A stretch of 51,550 nt of DNA from an uncultured Methanosarcinales archaeon (GTDB taxonomy: Archaea > Nanobdellota > Nanobdellia > Woesearchaeales > SKGA01), in assembly GCA_964430665.1 (NCBI GenBank), contig CAYSFC010000003.1, positions 1-51,550 on the forward strand, written 5' to 3'. The position numbers and the translations under genes are program-made. Positions 17,271 through 25,699 of the stretch are shown piece after piece. Position 1 is the stretch's first letter; every line of letters begins with the position of its first letter. The notes beneath the pieces were generated by a model. It was not told the origin of the DNA. It worked only from the letters and a program-made list of their open reading frames with translations, and ran no database searches.

Positions 17271-19227
17271 ACTAGGAGAAGGAGAATTAAATTCAAATGG
17301 TGATGAAAATAGTTTAATAACTAACAATTATGGAGGATATTTTTCTCACATTCCAAAAAGTAGCTATAATGGATGGTGTATTCTGGATACTAAATCTTGG
17401 AGATTGAATAAATTAATAGAATCAATACAACCTTTAAATGTTGGAGAACAAAAAGAATCACAATTATTGTTGTTCGGTACTAGACGAGTTTTCGACAAAG
17501 CAGAAGATATAATTTTTACATATAACAATTCTTTATTTTATAATGCTCAAAAAATAAATGAGGAAATTCTTCTATCCTTAGATAACAGAGAAGTTTATTC
17601 AGGAAGTGAGTTAGGTAGAGAATATAAAATAGAGAAAGATCCAAACCACATAATAATATCATTTAAAAATTCTAAAGGAGAAGAAAGTTTTATATCTATA
17701 AAAGGTATAGATTCTTTCGAGGAATTAAATTCTTGGCGAGAAGTAAATTATTCTGATGATAAAAAAAGAGGTACAAACGGAACATTTTGGGTTTTCGATG
17801 CATTAAAATTTAAAGCAAAATCTTATGTTGTTTTTAGTTATGGAGAAACCAAGTCCAAAGCAAACACAAGAGCAGATATTGCTTTTTTTCATTTTGAAGA
17901 AATTCTCAATTTCAAACACAGTTCTGTAATTGAATCAATACCTTCATTCGATCACATAACTGATGAAAAAATCAAAAGAACTGCAAAAACCACAGTTTGG
18001 TCTTTACAATCTTTAACTAACTCTTTTTCATTTAACAACAGACAACTCTTAGGAATATATGCAGGTTTACCTTGGTTTTTTCAGATTTGGTCAAGAGATG
18101 AATTAATAAGTTTGGGAGGATATATTTCATTATCAGAATATGAAGTTGATTTATTTCCCATAACAAACTTCAAAGAAATACAAACAAAAAACCATTATTT
18201 TCATCTAACAAAACAAATATTAGACAGACATGTGAAAAATATACTTTCAACAGGAAAACTTCAAAATAGATTCCCTTATTCCGAACTAGGATCTGTAGAT
18301 TCATTTGGATGGTTAGGTAAAAGAATCGAAGATTTTTTACTCTCTTTAAAAGAACAAGATTTATTATTTGAAATATTGAGTGATGATGATCTAAATCTTT
18401 GGTTCAAAAATTTATATCAAGGTTTAGAATATGCCAAACAAAATTACGGGCGTCAAGGAATTTTTGCAAATTCTAAAGGAGAAACATGGATGGATACCAT
18501 ATATAATGATGATGGCAGAGTTGGGTATTGTATAGAAATACAAGCATTATTTCTTTCAATATATCGTGCTTTAATTTTATTGGGAAAAACAATAAAATCT
18601 GATAAAGTTTCCAAATTAAAAGAAGAAAAAAACGAATTAATTTCCAAAATAAAATTAAATTTCATCAATACTAAATTTTCAGGATTGTTGGTTGATAGAG
18701 TTTGGCCAAAAGAATTAAATATCGAAGATAAAAAAACTGCAGAAGAAATATCAAAAATACTTTTAAATAATCTAATACATGACAAAAAAATAAGACCAAA
18801 TGTTTTTTTAACATATTACATTTCACCAGAAATTCTATCAAAGTCAGAATGGTCTCAAGTTTTTGATTTTTATTTAGATAATTTATTCTTACCATGGGGA
18901 GGTTTATCAACACTACCTCAAACAGACAGTTTATTTCAGCCAACTTACACAGGTCAAAACAACAAAAGTTATCATAGAGGAGATTCTTGGTTCTTTATGA
19001 ACAACATAGTTGCAATATCTTTAACCAGAATCGACAAATCAAAATACTTTAATTTCATAAAATTAATTCTAGATGCTTCAATTAAAGATTTATTAGAAAA
19101 TGGATTTATTGGACATTCAAGTGAAATATCTTCTGCAGTTCATCAAGATTCAAGCGGAACTGGATCGCAAGCTTGGAGTGTATCAACACTAATAGAATTA
19201 ATAGAAGAAATATATAAAGAAAAATAA
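17254..19227 (+). CDS. Amylo-alpha-1,6-glucosidase / glycogen debranching enzyme homologue (GDE C-terminal (alpha/alpha)6 domain)
   Basis: Motifs: GLPWFFQIWSRDELISLGG, GETWMD, YHRGDSWFFMNN, GSQAWSVSTLIE. The ORF overlaps the upstream gene by 17 nt. Confidence 0.8.
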   Translation: MKRIIKLGEGELNSNGDENSLITNNYGGYFSHIPKSSYNGWCILDTKSWRLNKLIESIQPLNVGEQKESQLLLFGTRRVFDKAEDIIFTYNNSLFYNAQKINEEILLSLDNREVYSGSELGREYKIEKDPNHIIISFKNSKGEESFISIKGIDSFEELNSWREVNYSDDKKRGTNGTFWVFDALKFKAKSYVVFSYGETKSKANTRADIAFFHFEEILNFKHSSVIESIPSFDHITDEKIKRTAKTTVWSLQSLTNSFSFNNRQLLGIYAGLPWFFQIWSRDELISLGGYISLSEYEVDLFPITNFKEIQTKNHYFHLTKQILDRHVKNILSTGKLQNRFPYSELGSVDSFGWLGKRIEDFLLSLKEQDLLFEILSDDDLNLWFKNLYQGLEYAKQNYGRQGIFANSKGETWMDTIYNDDGRVGYCIEIQALFLSIYRALILLGKTIKSDKVSKLKEEKNELISKIKLNFINTKFSGLLVDRVWPKELNIEDKKTAEEISKILLNNLIHDKKIRPNVFLTYYISPEILSKSEWSQVFDFYLDNLFLPWGGLSTLPQTDSLFQPTYTGQNNKSYHRGDSWFFMNNIVAISLTRIDKSKYFNFIKLILDASIKDLLENGFIGHSSEISSAVHQDSSGTGSQAWSVSTLIELIEEIYKEK

Positions 19228-19231
19228 ACTA

Positions 19232-20011
19232 CTAACGTCTTCTACTTCTATTATTTTTAAAATTTCTTCGTTTATCAGGACTGGATTTTTTTATATAAAC
19301 TTCTTTGATGTTTTCAAATTCTATAGGACCTGAAGATTTTCTTTTACAAACAAACAAAGCATGATCTTTTTCAAAAGGTTCTAACTCTCTATAATCTACA
19401 ACACTCATAACTTGATTCAATTCTTCTCTAGTTTTTTTAAAAATATCTTTAGGAACTTTAGTAACATCAACACTCCTTGCTTTCAAAGCCAATATTCCAA
19501 AACCATTTTCTTTCAAAAATTCATTACAATTTTTAATAAATATTTTTACCTGATCTTTTTGAGCAATATCCATAAAAACAATATCTACCTTAGGAACTTC
19601 ATCCTTATAATTCTCCGGATGAAATGCGTCATCCATTATTGGAGCAATATTTTCTTTTTCTTCACAAATAAAAACCAAATCTCTAATTACTCTGGGTGCG
19701 AAATCCAAAGCATATATAACTCCATTATTTACAACATCAGACAAGAAACTAACAGTATATCCGTGACTAGCTCCCAAATAAAGAACGGAACTATCTTCTT
19801 TAATACCTAATTGAGAAATTCCTTTAGCAATAGATGCGAATAATTTACTCCTCGAAGGATCCACTTCTCTAAACAAATTTCCCCTTTGCTTTATTATTCT
19901 TTCTTCAAAGAATGTTCTATCTAAATCTGTTTTAACAAAATAATTTGAGTATCTGCCTCTTTTCTCAACAAATACATTTGGAAATTTATTTAATTCTTCG
20001 ATTTTATTCAC
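19232..20011 (-). CDS. flpA: Fibrillarin (box C/D 2'-O-methyltransferase) with a basic C-terminal tail
   Basis: VLYLGASHGYTVSFLSDVV...VIYALDFAPRVIRDL...DIVFMDIAQ. The tail is SSPDKRRNFKNNRSRRR. Confidence 0.9.
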   Translation of the reverse strand: MNKIEELNKFPNVFVEKRGRYSNYFVKTDLDRTFFEERIIKQRGNLFREVDPSRSKLFASIAKGISQLGIKEDSSVLYLGASHGYTVSFLSDVVNNGVIYALDFAPRVIRDLVFICEEKENIAPIMDDAFHPENYKDEVPKVDIVFMDIAQKDQVKIFIKNCNEFLKENGFGILALKARSVDVTKVPKDIFKKTREELNQVMSVVDYRELEPFEKDHALFVCKRKSSGPIEFENIKEVYIKKSSPDKRRNFKNNRSRRR

Positions 20012-20407
20012 CTATATCAACTTAAAAAAACTAATCTTTTGTAAAAGTATTCCACTACAAATAAGTCCAAATAACACAACAACATCTCCAATTATGTCAA
20101 AAGCTGTCAAATTAATTAATATCAACAATATTGTTACAAAATGAAATGCAGCTCCTACGAGACTAACATTAATTAAAATGTTAAAAAATTGTTTAATCTT
20201 TCCTCTTGATTTAAACACTCCCCTTTCCAACACATACGAAATTCCATAAATCAATAAATGAATTAATATTAGAATTATTAGAAAATTAATTTTAGAATCT
20301 ACCAACAAAAATGAAGTATATAGAGTTAAAGTTACAATTGTAACTAATAAAACCCTTAACGCGAAAAGTAAATGTTTAAAATTTTTTTTCAATTCATATT
20401 TGTTCAT
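20012..20407 (-). CDS. Small integral membrane protein (about 4 TM)
   Basis: 131 aa with four hydrophobic segments, abutting the flanking genes with 0-1 nt gaps. Confidence 0.55.
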   Translation of the reverse strand: MNKYELKKNFKHLLFALRVLLVTIVTLTLYTSFLLVDSKINFLIILILIHLLIYGISYVLERGVFKSRGKIKQFFNILINVSLVGAAFHFVTILLILINLTAFDIIGDVVVLFGLICSGILLQKISFFKLI

Positions 20408-20408
20408 T

Positions 20409-21128
20409 TTAAATTCTCTTCTGAATATCTTCTAGAAATTTATCTGCAATAAATTCACCTTTAAAATAATCTATTTTAGCACATTGAGAAATCTTATCAG
20501 CAAGTATACGGGAAACTTTTCCTTTATTTTTACCTGCGGCAGCCACCAATTTATGATTTATTATAAATCCGTGTTTAGGAGGTTTTGCTCCCGATTTTAA
20601 ATGTCTAAAAAGTGCTTTTTCAGCTCCGAGCATCTGTATAGTTGATGCAGGCATCATAGCTAATTTTTTAATTGAACCTGCATTAACCAACATCCTAGCA
20701 CCAATTGTTGTCCCTGCTAAATATTGTACATTTCTTAAATGTTTTTTCATCAATTCTTCAATATAATTTGTTAAATTTTCTTTTAGTTGGAAATTAAGAT
20801 AAATTGTTTTTGCAAACTCTTCTTGCATTTTTCTATCTTCTTCTGTAAGTATTTTACCCATTGAATCTCCGAATTCTTCTTTTAATTCTTCATATGATTT
20901 TGTTGCTAATAACTTACAATAAGCTTCATTATCTCCTAAAGAGTGTTCTAATTGAGGCAAAGCATAAGCATGCCATTCTCTAAGACGTTTTGTAAGACCA
21001 TTCAAAGTTTTAGTTAATTCATCTATGCTGTTCATTGCTTGAATTATCATAATATCAGGACTAACAGCATTTGCAACCTTTGTTCTAGTCTCTTTCATTA
21101 ATCTTTTTTTGAGTTCTGAAAAATTCAT
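20409..21128 (-). CDS. nop5: Nop5 (Nop56/58) homologue consisting of the coiled-coil and Nop domains only
   Basis: IIQAMNSIDELTKTLNGLTKRLREWHAYALPQL...MMPASTIQMLGAEKALFRHLKSGAKPPKHGFI. At 239 aa it is too short for a full Nop5, and there is no upstream coding space on this strand. Confidence 0.85.
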   Translation of the reverse strand: MNFSELKKRLMKETRTKVANAVSPDIMIIQAMNSIDELTKTLNGLTKRLREWHAYALPQLEHSLGDNEAYCKLLATKSYEELKEEFGDSMGKILTEEDRKMQEEFAKTIYLNFQLKENLTNYIEELMKKHLRNVQYLAGTTIGARMLVNAGSIKKLAMMPASTIQMLGAEKALFRHLKSGAKPPKHGFIINHKLVAAAGKNKGKVSRILADKISQCAKIDYFKGEFIADKFLEDIQKRI

Positions 21129-21305
21129 TATCAGTTTTAAACTATCACCTCATTTATAAATGCTTTTTTTCTTACTGACAAAACCTTTATAAATAAAACG
21201 CGTATTCTTCTAATAAGCGTATTATAGTTGTATTTGGATTATAAAACGAAGAACTGAAGAAATTTATCTTCAGCGTCTCAAAATATACTATTTAAGGTGA
21301 TATTC

Positions 21306-21704
21306 ATGGGTGAAACTAAGTTAGTAAGTATAGGATCATTAAAAAAAGGAAGCAACATAGTAGTTGATGGAGTTGCTTCAGTAGTGTCAGATGTTAGTGT
21401 ATCAAGACCTGGAAAGCACGGTCATGCAAAAGTTAATCTTATGGCTGTTGGAATTCTAGATGGTAGAAAACGTAATTTAGTTATGCCTGGTCACGATATG
21501 GTTGAAACACCAGTTATAGGCAAGAAAAACGCTCAAGTTTTATCAATAACAGGAGATTCAGCAAATTTAATGGATTCAGAAACTTTCGAAACATTTGATT
21601 TGGCAATACCTGAAGAATTACAAGGAAAACTTTCAGAAGGAATGACAATTGTATATTGGACTATCCTAGATGATAAAGTAATGAAACAAATAAAGAGCGA
21701 TTAG
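21306..21704 (+). CDS. eif5a: Translation initiation factor 5A
   Basis: SRPGKHGHAKVNLMAVGILDGRKR contains the hypusine-site GKHG. The ATG follows AAGGTGA. Confidence 0.9.
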   Translation: MGETKLVSIGSLKKGSNIVVDGVASVVSDVSVSRPGKHGHAKVNLMAVGILDGRKRNLVMPGHDMVETPVIGKKNAQVLSITGDSANLMDSETFETFDLAIPEELQGKLSEGMTIVYWTILDDKVMKQIKSD

Positions 21705-21714
21705 GTGAAAAAAG

Positions 21715-21876
21715 ATGGCAAAATTTCCAGAAGCACATGCAAGATTGTTTAAAAATATTTTTGTATGTAAAAAATGTAAATCTAGAATAAGAGCTTCTCA
21801 AATGAAAGTTTTAGACGGAAAAGTATCTTGTAGAAAGTGCAATTCCAAAGCTTTGAGAACAGTTAGATTAAAATAA
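21715..21876 (+). CDS. rpl40e: 50S ribosomal protein L40e (not in the ORF track)
   Basis: MAKFPEAHARLFKNIFVCKKCKSRIRASQMKVLDGKVSCRKCNSKALRTVRLK, a CxxC...CxxC zinc ribbon. AGGTGA lies upstream. Confidence 0.85.
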   Translation: MAKFPEAHARLFKNIFVCKKCKSRIRASQMKVLDGKVSCRKCNSKALRTVRLK

Positions 21877-21883
21877 TTTTTTT
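21877..21883 (+). terminator. Oligo-T tract directly after rpl40e
   Basis: A T7 run starts at the first base after the stop codon. This is an archaeal-style termination signal. Confidence 0.35.
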
Positions 21884-21951
21884 ATTAATTCTATTTCTTA
21901 ATGTTTTTTAACTGAGTTAAATTTATATATATCTAAATTAAAAATAATGTA

Positions 21952-22992
21952 ATGAGTGAGACTAAATCAAAATCAATCAAATCTTTAACAGATATTAAAT
22001 CTCATAATACTTCAAGAACATTTTTTATATTTTTCTTAGCTTTAGTAGGAATTGTAAGTTTTTTCATAATTAAACCGTATTTAGCTTTCATAATACTTTC
22101 ATTTATCTTGGCATATATGTTTAGACCATTATATGTTAAACTAAACTCAAAAATAAACAAAAGTTTACTTTCAGCAACCATAATTTTAATATTGGGGATG
22201 TTGGTATTTATACTTCCTGCATTTTTTTTAGTATATAAATTAGCTTCTCAAGCTTCTAATGTTTTTTCATTTTTAGGATCGGTTTCAATAAATACTATTT
22301 TCGATAACATTGTATCATATTTAGGAATAAACATAGATTTTGGTTCTTTACTCAGAGAATCAATAATACAATTCAGAGATTTCTTATCAAGTTCAGCAAT
22401 ATCTATATTAAGTTCATTAACAACAATACTTTTAGGATTATTCATTATGTGTTTTTTATTTTTCTATCTAGTAAAAGATGGAGACAAATTTATAAATTAT
22501 TTAAAATCAATATCTCCTCTCAAAAAGAAGCAAACAGACGTTCTTTTCAAAGAAACTAGAAACGTGATTTCAGCAGTATTATATGGCCAATTACTCTCAG
22601 CATTAGTTCAAGGATTTGTTGGAGGAATTGGTTTTTTTATATTTGGAATATCAAATCCTGTTTTCTGGGGATTTTTTATGGGATTATTGTCTTTACTACC
22701 ATTCATAGGTTCGGCATTTATTTGGGTACCTGTATCAATATTTTTAGTTCTACAAGAACAATATTTTGCAGGTATTGGTTTATTTCTTTACTGCGCAATA
22801 ATTGTTTCAAATATTGACAATTTGATAAAACCTTCAATAATAGGATCTAAAGCAAATATTCATCCAACAATAATTCTTTTAGGAGTTTTTGGAGGATTAC
22901 AATTATTCGGATTCATTGGTTTAATAATTGGACCTTTAATTCTTTCAATTTTAATGGTTTTAATAAAATTCTACCACGAAGAACACAATTAA
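21952..22992 (+). CDS. AI-2E family transporter (PerM/UPF0118)
   Basis: Eight or so TM segments. Motifs: GQLLSALVQGFVGGIGFFIFGISNPVFWGFFMGLLSLLPFIG. Confidence 0.8.
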   Translation: MSETKSKSIKSLTDIKSHNTSRTFFIFFLALVGIVSFFIIKPYLAFIILSFILAYMFRPLYVKLNSKINKSLLSATIILILGMLVFILPAFFLVYKLASQASNVFSFLGSVSINTIFDNIVSYLGINIDFGSLLRESIIQFRDFLSSSAISILSSLTTILLGLFIMCFLFFYLVKDGDKFINYLKSISPLKKKQTDVLFKETRNVISAVLYGQLLSALVQGFVGGIGFFIFGISNPVFWGFFMGLLSLLPFIGSAFIWVPVSIFLVLQEQYFAGIGLFLYCAIIVSNIDNLIKPSIIGSKANIHPTIILLGVFGGLQLFGFIGLIIGPLILSILMVLIKFYHEEHN

Positions 22993-23042
22993 ACACCCCT
23001 CAAAACAAAAAATTTTATAAAAAAGAGATTCTTAAAAGCAGT

Positions 23043-23729
23043 ATGAAGTTGTTTTATAGTTTTTTAATAATTCTATTAATAATTCCTTTAGTTTCTGCTG
23101 CAACTATAAAAGGTAGCGCTTATGATTTATCTTTCAATCAACTAACAACTGCAACAATAAGCATAAATACAACTCCTACCCAAACAAAAGTAATTAATTC
23201 TGGAGATTATGTATTTATAGTTCCTTTAGGAAAGTATAAGTTACATTTAAAGCAATATAATTATGATCAAGTCATAGCAGAAATTAATCAAACAATTGAA
23301 GTTAAAACAGATGGAGAATTCATATTAGATTTAATAGCATATCCAGTTATTGATTTTGAGAACCTTGATTCTATAGATATGGATTTAGAAGAAGAATTAA
23401 TTCCTGAAAGCGAACAATATTCAATTTCCAGTTTTTTAATAAGATTAATGTATGTAGTTATTGGTATTTTTATTATAATTATAATATATGTATTCATTCG
23501 TAAAGATGTTGAGAAGGATATATCTAAAATAGATGAAATAGAAGATGATTTAGAAAATAAAATATTAGATTTCATAAAAATCGAAAAAACAACATCACAA
23601 TTAATTGTAAGAAATAAATTTCCTCAATATAGTGAAGCTAAAATTTCATTAATAATAAAAAAATTAGAAGCTGAAAATAAAATAAAAAAGTATAAAAAAG
23701 GTAGGGCAAACATAGTCTCAATAAAATGA
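23043..23729 (+). CDS. Membrane-anchored protein: signal peptide, CarboxypepD_reg-like beta-sandwich, TM helix, cytoplasmic winged helix
   Basis: N-terminal LIILLIIPLVSAATIKGSAYD. The mid-protein TM is LMYVVIGIFIIIIIYVFI. The C-terminus has ILDFIKIEKTTSQLIVRNKFPQYSEAKISLIIKKLEAENKIKKYKKG. Confidence 0.6.
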   Translation: MKLFYSFLIILLIIPLVSAATIKGSAYDLSFNQLTTATISINTTPTQTKVINSGDYVFIVPLGKYKLHLKQYNYDQVIAEINQTIEVKTDGEFILDLIAYPVIDFENLDSIDMDLEEELIPESEQYSISSFLIRLMYVVIGIFIIIIIYVFIRKDVEKDISKIDEIEDDLENKILDFIKIEKTTSQLIVRNKFPQYSEAKISLIIKKLEAENKIKKYKKGRANIVSIK

Positions 23730-24268
23730 AAAGATGTCGGTGGGTAGAAAATCAACCAGATTTTTACAAAAAATATCATGACGAGGAGTGGGGAATTCCC
23801 GAACATCACGATATAAAATTATTTGAACTCTTAATTCTAGAAGGAGCCCAAGCAGGATTATCTTGGTCAACAATTTTAAAAAAAAGAACAGAATATAGAA
23901 AAGCATTCGATAACTTTGATCCCAATAAAGTATCAAAATACAATCAAGAGAAAATAAATCAACTTCTTCAAAATGAAGGAATAGTTAGAAACAAACTAAA
24001 AATACATTCTGCAATCAAAAACGCTCAAGTTTTCTTAGAGATTCAAAAAGAATTCAAATCCTTCAACAATTATATTTGGTCATTCACCCAAAATAAAACA
24101 ATTTCGCAAATTTACAAAACAAAAAACGAACTATCTGATAAAATTTCCCAAGATCTGAAAAGAAGAGGAATGAAATTTGTTGGTTCTACCATAATATATT
24201 CATACTTACAAGCAATAGGAATAATAAATGATCACGAAAAAAAATGTTTCAAATTCTCGCCAAAATAG
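23726..24268 (+). CDS. tag: DNA-3-methyladenine glycosylase I
   Basis: RCRWVENQPDFYKKYHDEEWGIPEHHDIKLFELLILEGAQAGLSWSTILKKR. ATGA overlap with the upstream gene. Confidence 0.9.
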   Translation: MKRCRWVENQPDFYKKYHDEEWGIPEHHDIKLFELLILEGAQAGLSWSTILKKRTEYRKAFDNFDPNKVSKYNQEKINQLLQNEGIVRNKLKIHSAIKNAQVFLEIQKEFKSFNNYIWSFTQNKTISQIYKTKNELSDKISQDLKRRGMKFVGSTIIYSYLQAIGIINDHEKKCFKFSPK

Positions 24269-25571
24269 TTTCTATTTTTTTAACAACTTCGTTAACAATA
24301 GTGTCATTAGCACCCTCTACATTTAATCTTATCAAATTTTCAGTGTTGCTTTTACGAATATTAAAAAAATAATCTTCAGTGTATATACTCAAACCATCAA
24401 CATTCACTTTTTCACCTTCAAATGATTTTTCTATAACTTCCAGTGCCTTTTCTTTATCAGAAACAACATAGTTTTTTTCTTCTATAGAATATCTTCTATT
24501 TATTATTTTTTTAGCAACCTTTTCAAGATCATTTTCAAGATAAAATTTAATTATATTAATAACTGTATAAAGGCTTGATTCAGTGAAACTTAAATCTCTA
24601 TAAAAATAATGTCCTGATTTCTCACCCGCAAAGACAGTCCCATCTTTAACCATATGTTTCTTTATCAACGAATGTCCGGAAGGGTATAATTGTCCTTTAA
24701 ACCCGTCATCATTCAATTCTTCTACAACACTTTGACTTGTTCTAACTTCGAATCCTACTTTATCCCCTTCTTTACATACAACTTTTGCCAAAATTGCAGT
24801 CATAATGTCTGGTGGAATCATTAAACCCGAAGATGTAAAACAAACAACTCTATCAGCATCTCCATCAAAAGCAAAACCTAAATCATACCTATTCTTTTTC
24901 ATCTCTTCTAATAATTCCTTCACATTATCTTTCTTTATAGGATTACATTCATGATTAGGAAAATTACCATCAATAACTGGAAACAACACAGTCTCATCTA
25001 TACTACTACCCATTATTTTTTTTAAAGCTTTAACTTCACATATACCCATACCGTTACCAGTATCTATTATTATTTTAAGAGGTTTTTTTATTTCTACACT
25101 CTTAGAAGAAAAATAAGTAACATAATCTTCAAAAATTTGCTTATTTAAAATTTCACCCTTTCTAAAAACTTCGTCATACTTAGATTTTTTAATCAATTCT
25201 TGTATTTCATCAAAACCATTTTCAGCATAAATTGGTCTAGCATTAGGACCACAAATTTTAAAACCATTATATTCTTTAGGATTGTGACTCGCCGTAATCA
25301 TAATGCCTCCGTCTGCAGTTCCTCTAAACAATTCAAAATAAAATTGAGGTGTAGAACAACGTCCAATATTTACAACATCGCATCCCATCAAAGTAATTCC
25401 TTCAACCAATTTTTTATAAAGAACATCACTACTAGCTCTTCCATCTCTTCCAACAACCAATTTTTTAGCTTTTAAAAATACACTAACGGCTTTTCCCAAC
25501 TCATAAGCAAGGTTTTCATCAACTTCTTGAGGATAAATTCCCCGAATATCATACATTTTAAAAGGATTCAT
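24249..25571 (-). CDS. Phosphoglucomutase/phosphomannomutase
   Basis: MYDIRGIY, the active-site loop TASHNPKEYNGFK, and GDADR. I prefer the internal Met (MNPFKMYDIRG); the 42 aa upstream in the track are low-complexity. Confidence 0.9.
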   Translation of the reverse strand: MNPFKMYDIRGIYPQEVDENLAYELGKAVSVFLKAKKLVVGRDGRASSDVLYKKLVEGITLMGCDVVNIGRCSTPQFYFELFRGTADGGIMITASHNPKEYNGFKICGPNARPIYAENGFDEIQELIKKSKYDEVFRKGEILNKQIFEDYVTYFSSKSVEIKKPLKIIIDTGNGMGICEVKALKKIMGSSIDETVLFPVIDGNFPNHECNPIKKDNVKELLEEMKKNRYDLGFAFDGDADRVVCFTSSGLMIPPDIMTAILAKVVCKEGDKVGFEVRTSQSVVEELNDDGFKGQLYPSGHSLIKKHMVKDGTVFAGEKSGHYFYRDLSFTESSLYTVINIIKFYLENDLEKVAKKIINRRYSIEEKNYVVSDKEKALEVIEKSFEGEKVNVDGLSIYTEDYFFNIRKSNTENLIRLNVEGANDTIVNEVVKKIETILARI

Positions 25572-25699
25572 ACATCGTTTCAATAAAAGATAGTATATAT
25601 ACTTAACGAAAATTTCGTTTTCATAGATATATCGCAATAAATATAAATCAAATCCAAAGTAAAAACTTTTAAAGCAAAAGAAAATAACTTTAAACATAA

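Noticed and set aside
19412-19810. 132-aa plus-strand ORF antisense to fibrillarin. Many similar 60-130-aa antisense ORFs appear in the track (for example 7424..7612, 8166..8423, 10108..10458, 13305..13571, 16171..16620, 18453..18943, 25200..25475, 28486..29356, 40251..40802, 42643..43118, 47102..47404, 49232..49465, 49899..50204).
   Set aside because: All lie inside confidently identified genes on the other strand. Their translations are F/I/L/S-rich nonsense, which is typical of the reverse frame of AT-rich coding DNA.
21129-21296. Possible box C/D sRNA in the nop5/aIF5A intergenic region, which contains CTGA and the hairpin CTGAAGA-N6-TCTTCAG.
   Set aside because: There is no convincing C box (RUGAUGA) at the right spacing and no terminal stem. 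The region is better explained as two divergent promoters with TTTATAAAT boxes.
25572-25697. Track N-terminal extension of phosphoglucomutase (42 aa, MFKVIFFCFKSFYF...).
   Set aside because: It is low-complexity and runs into the divergent promoter region. The conserved PGM N-terminus (MYDIRGIY) follows the internal Met. My by-eye base count in this stretch also disagreed with the track by one base in two places, and I attribute that to my own reading error, not to a frameshift.
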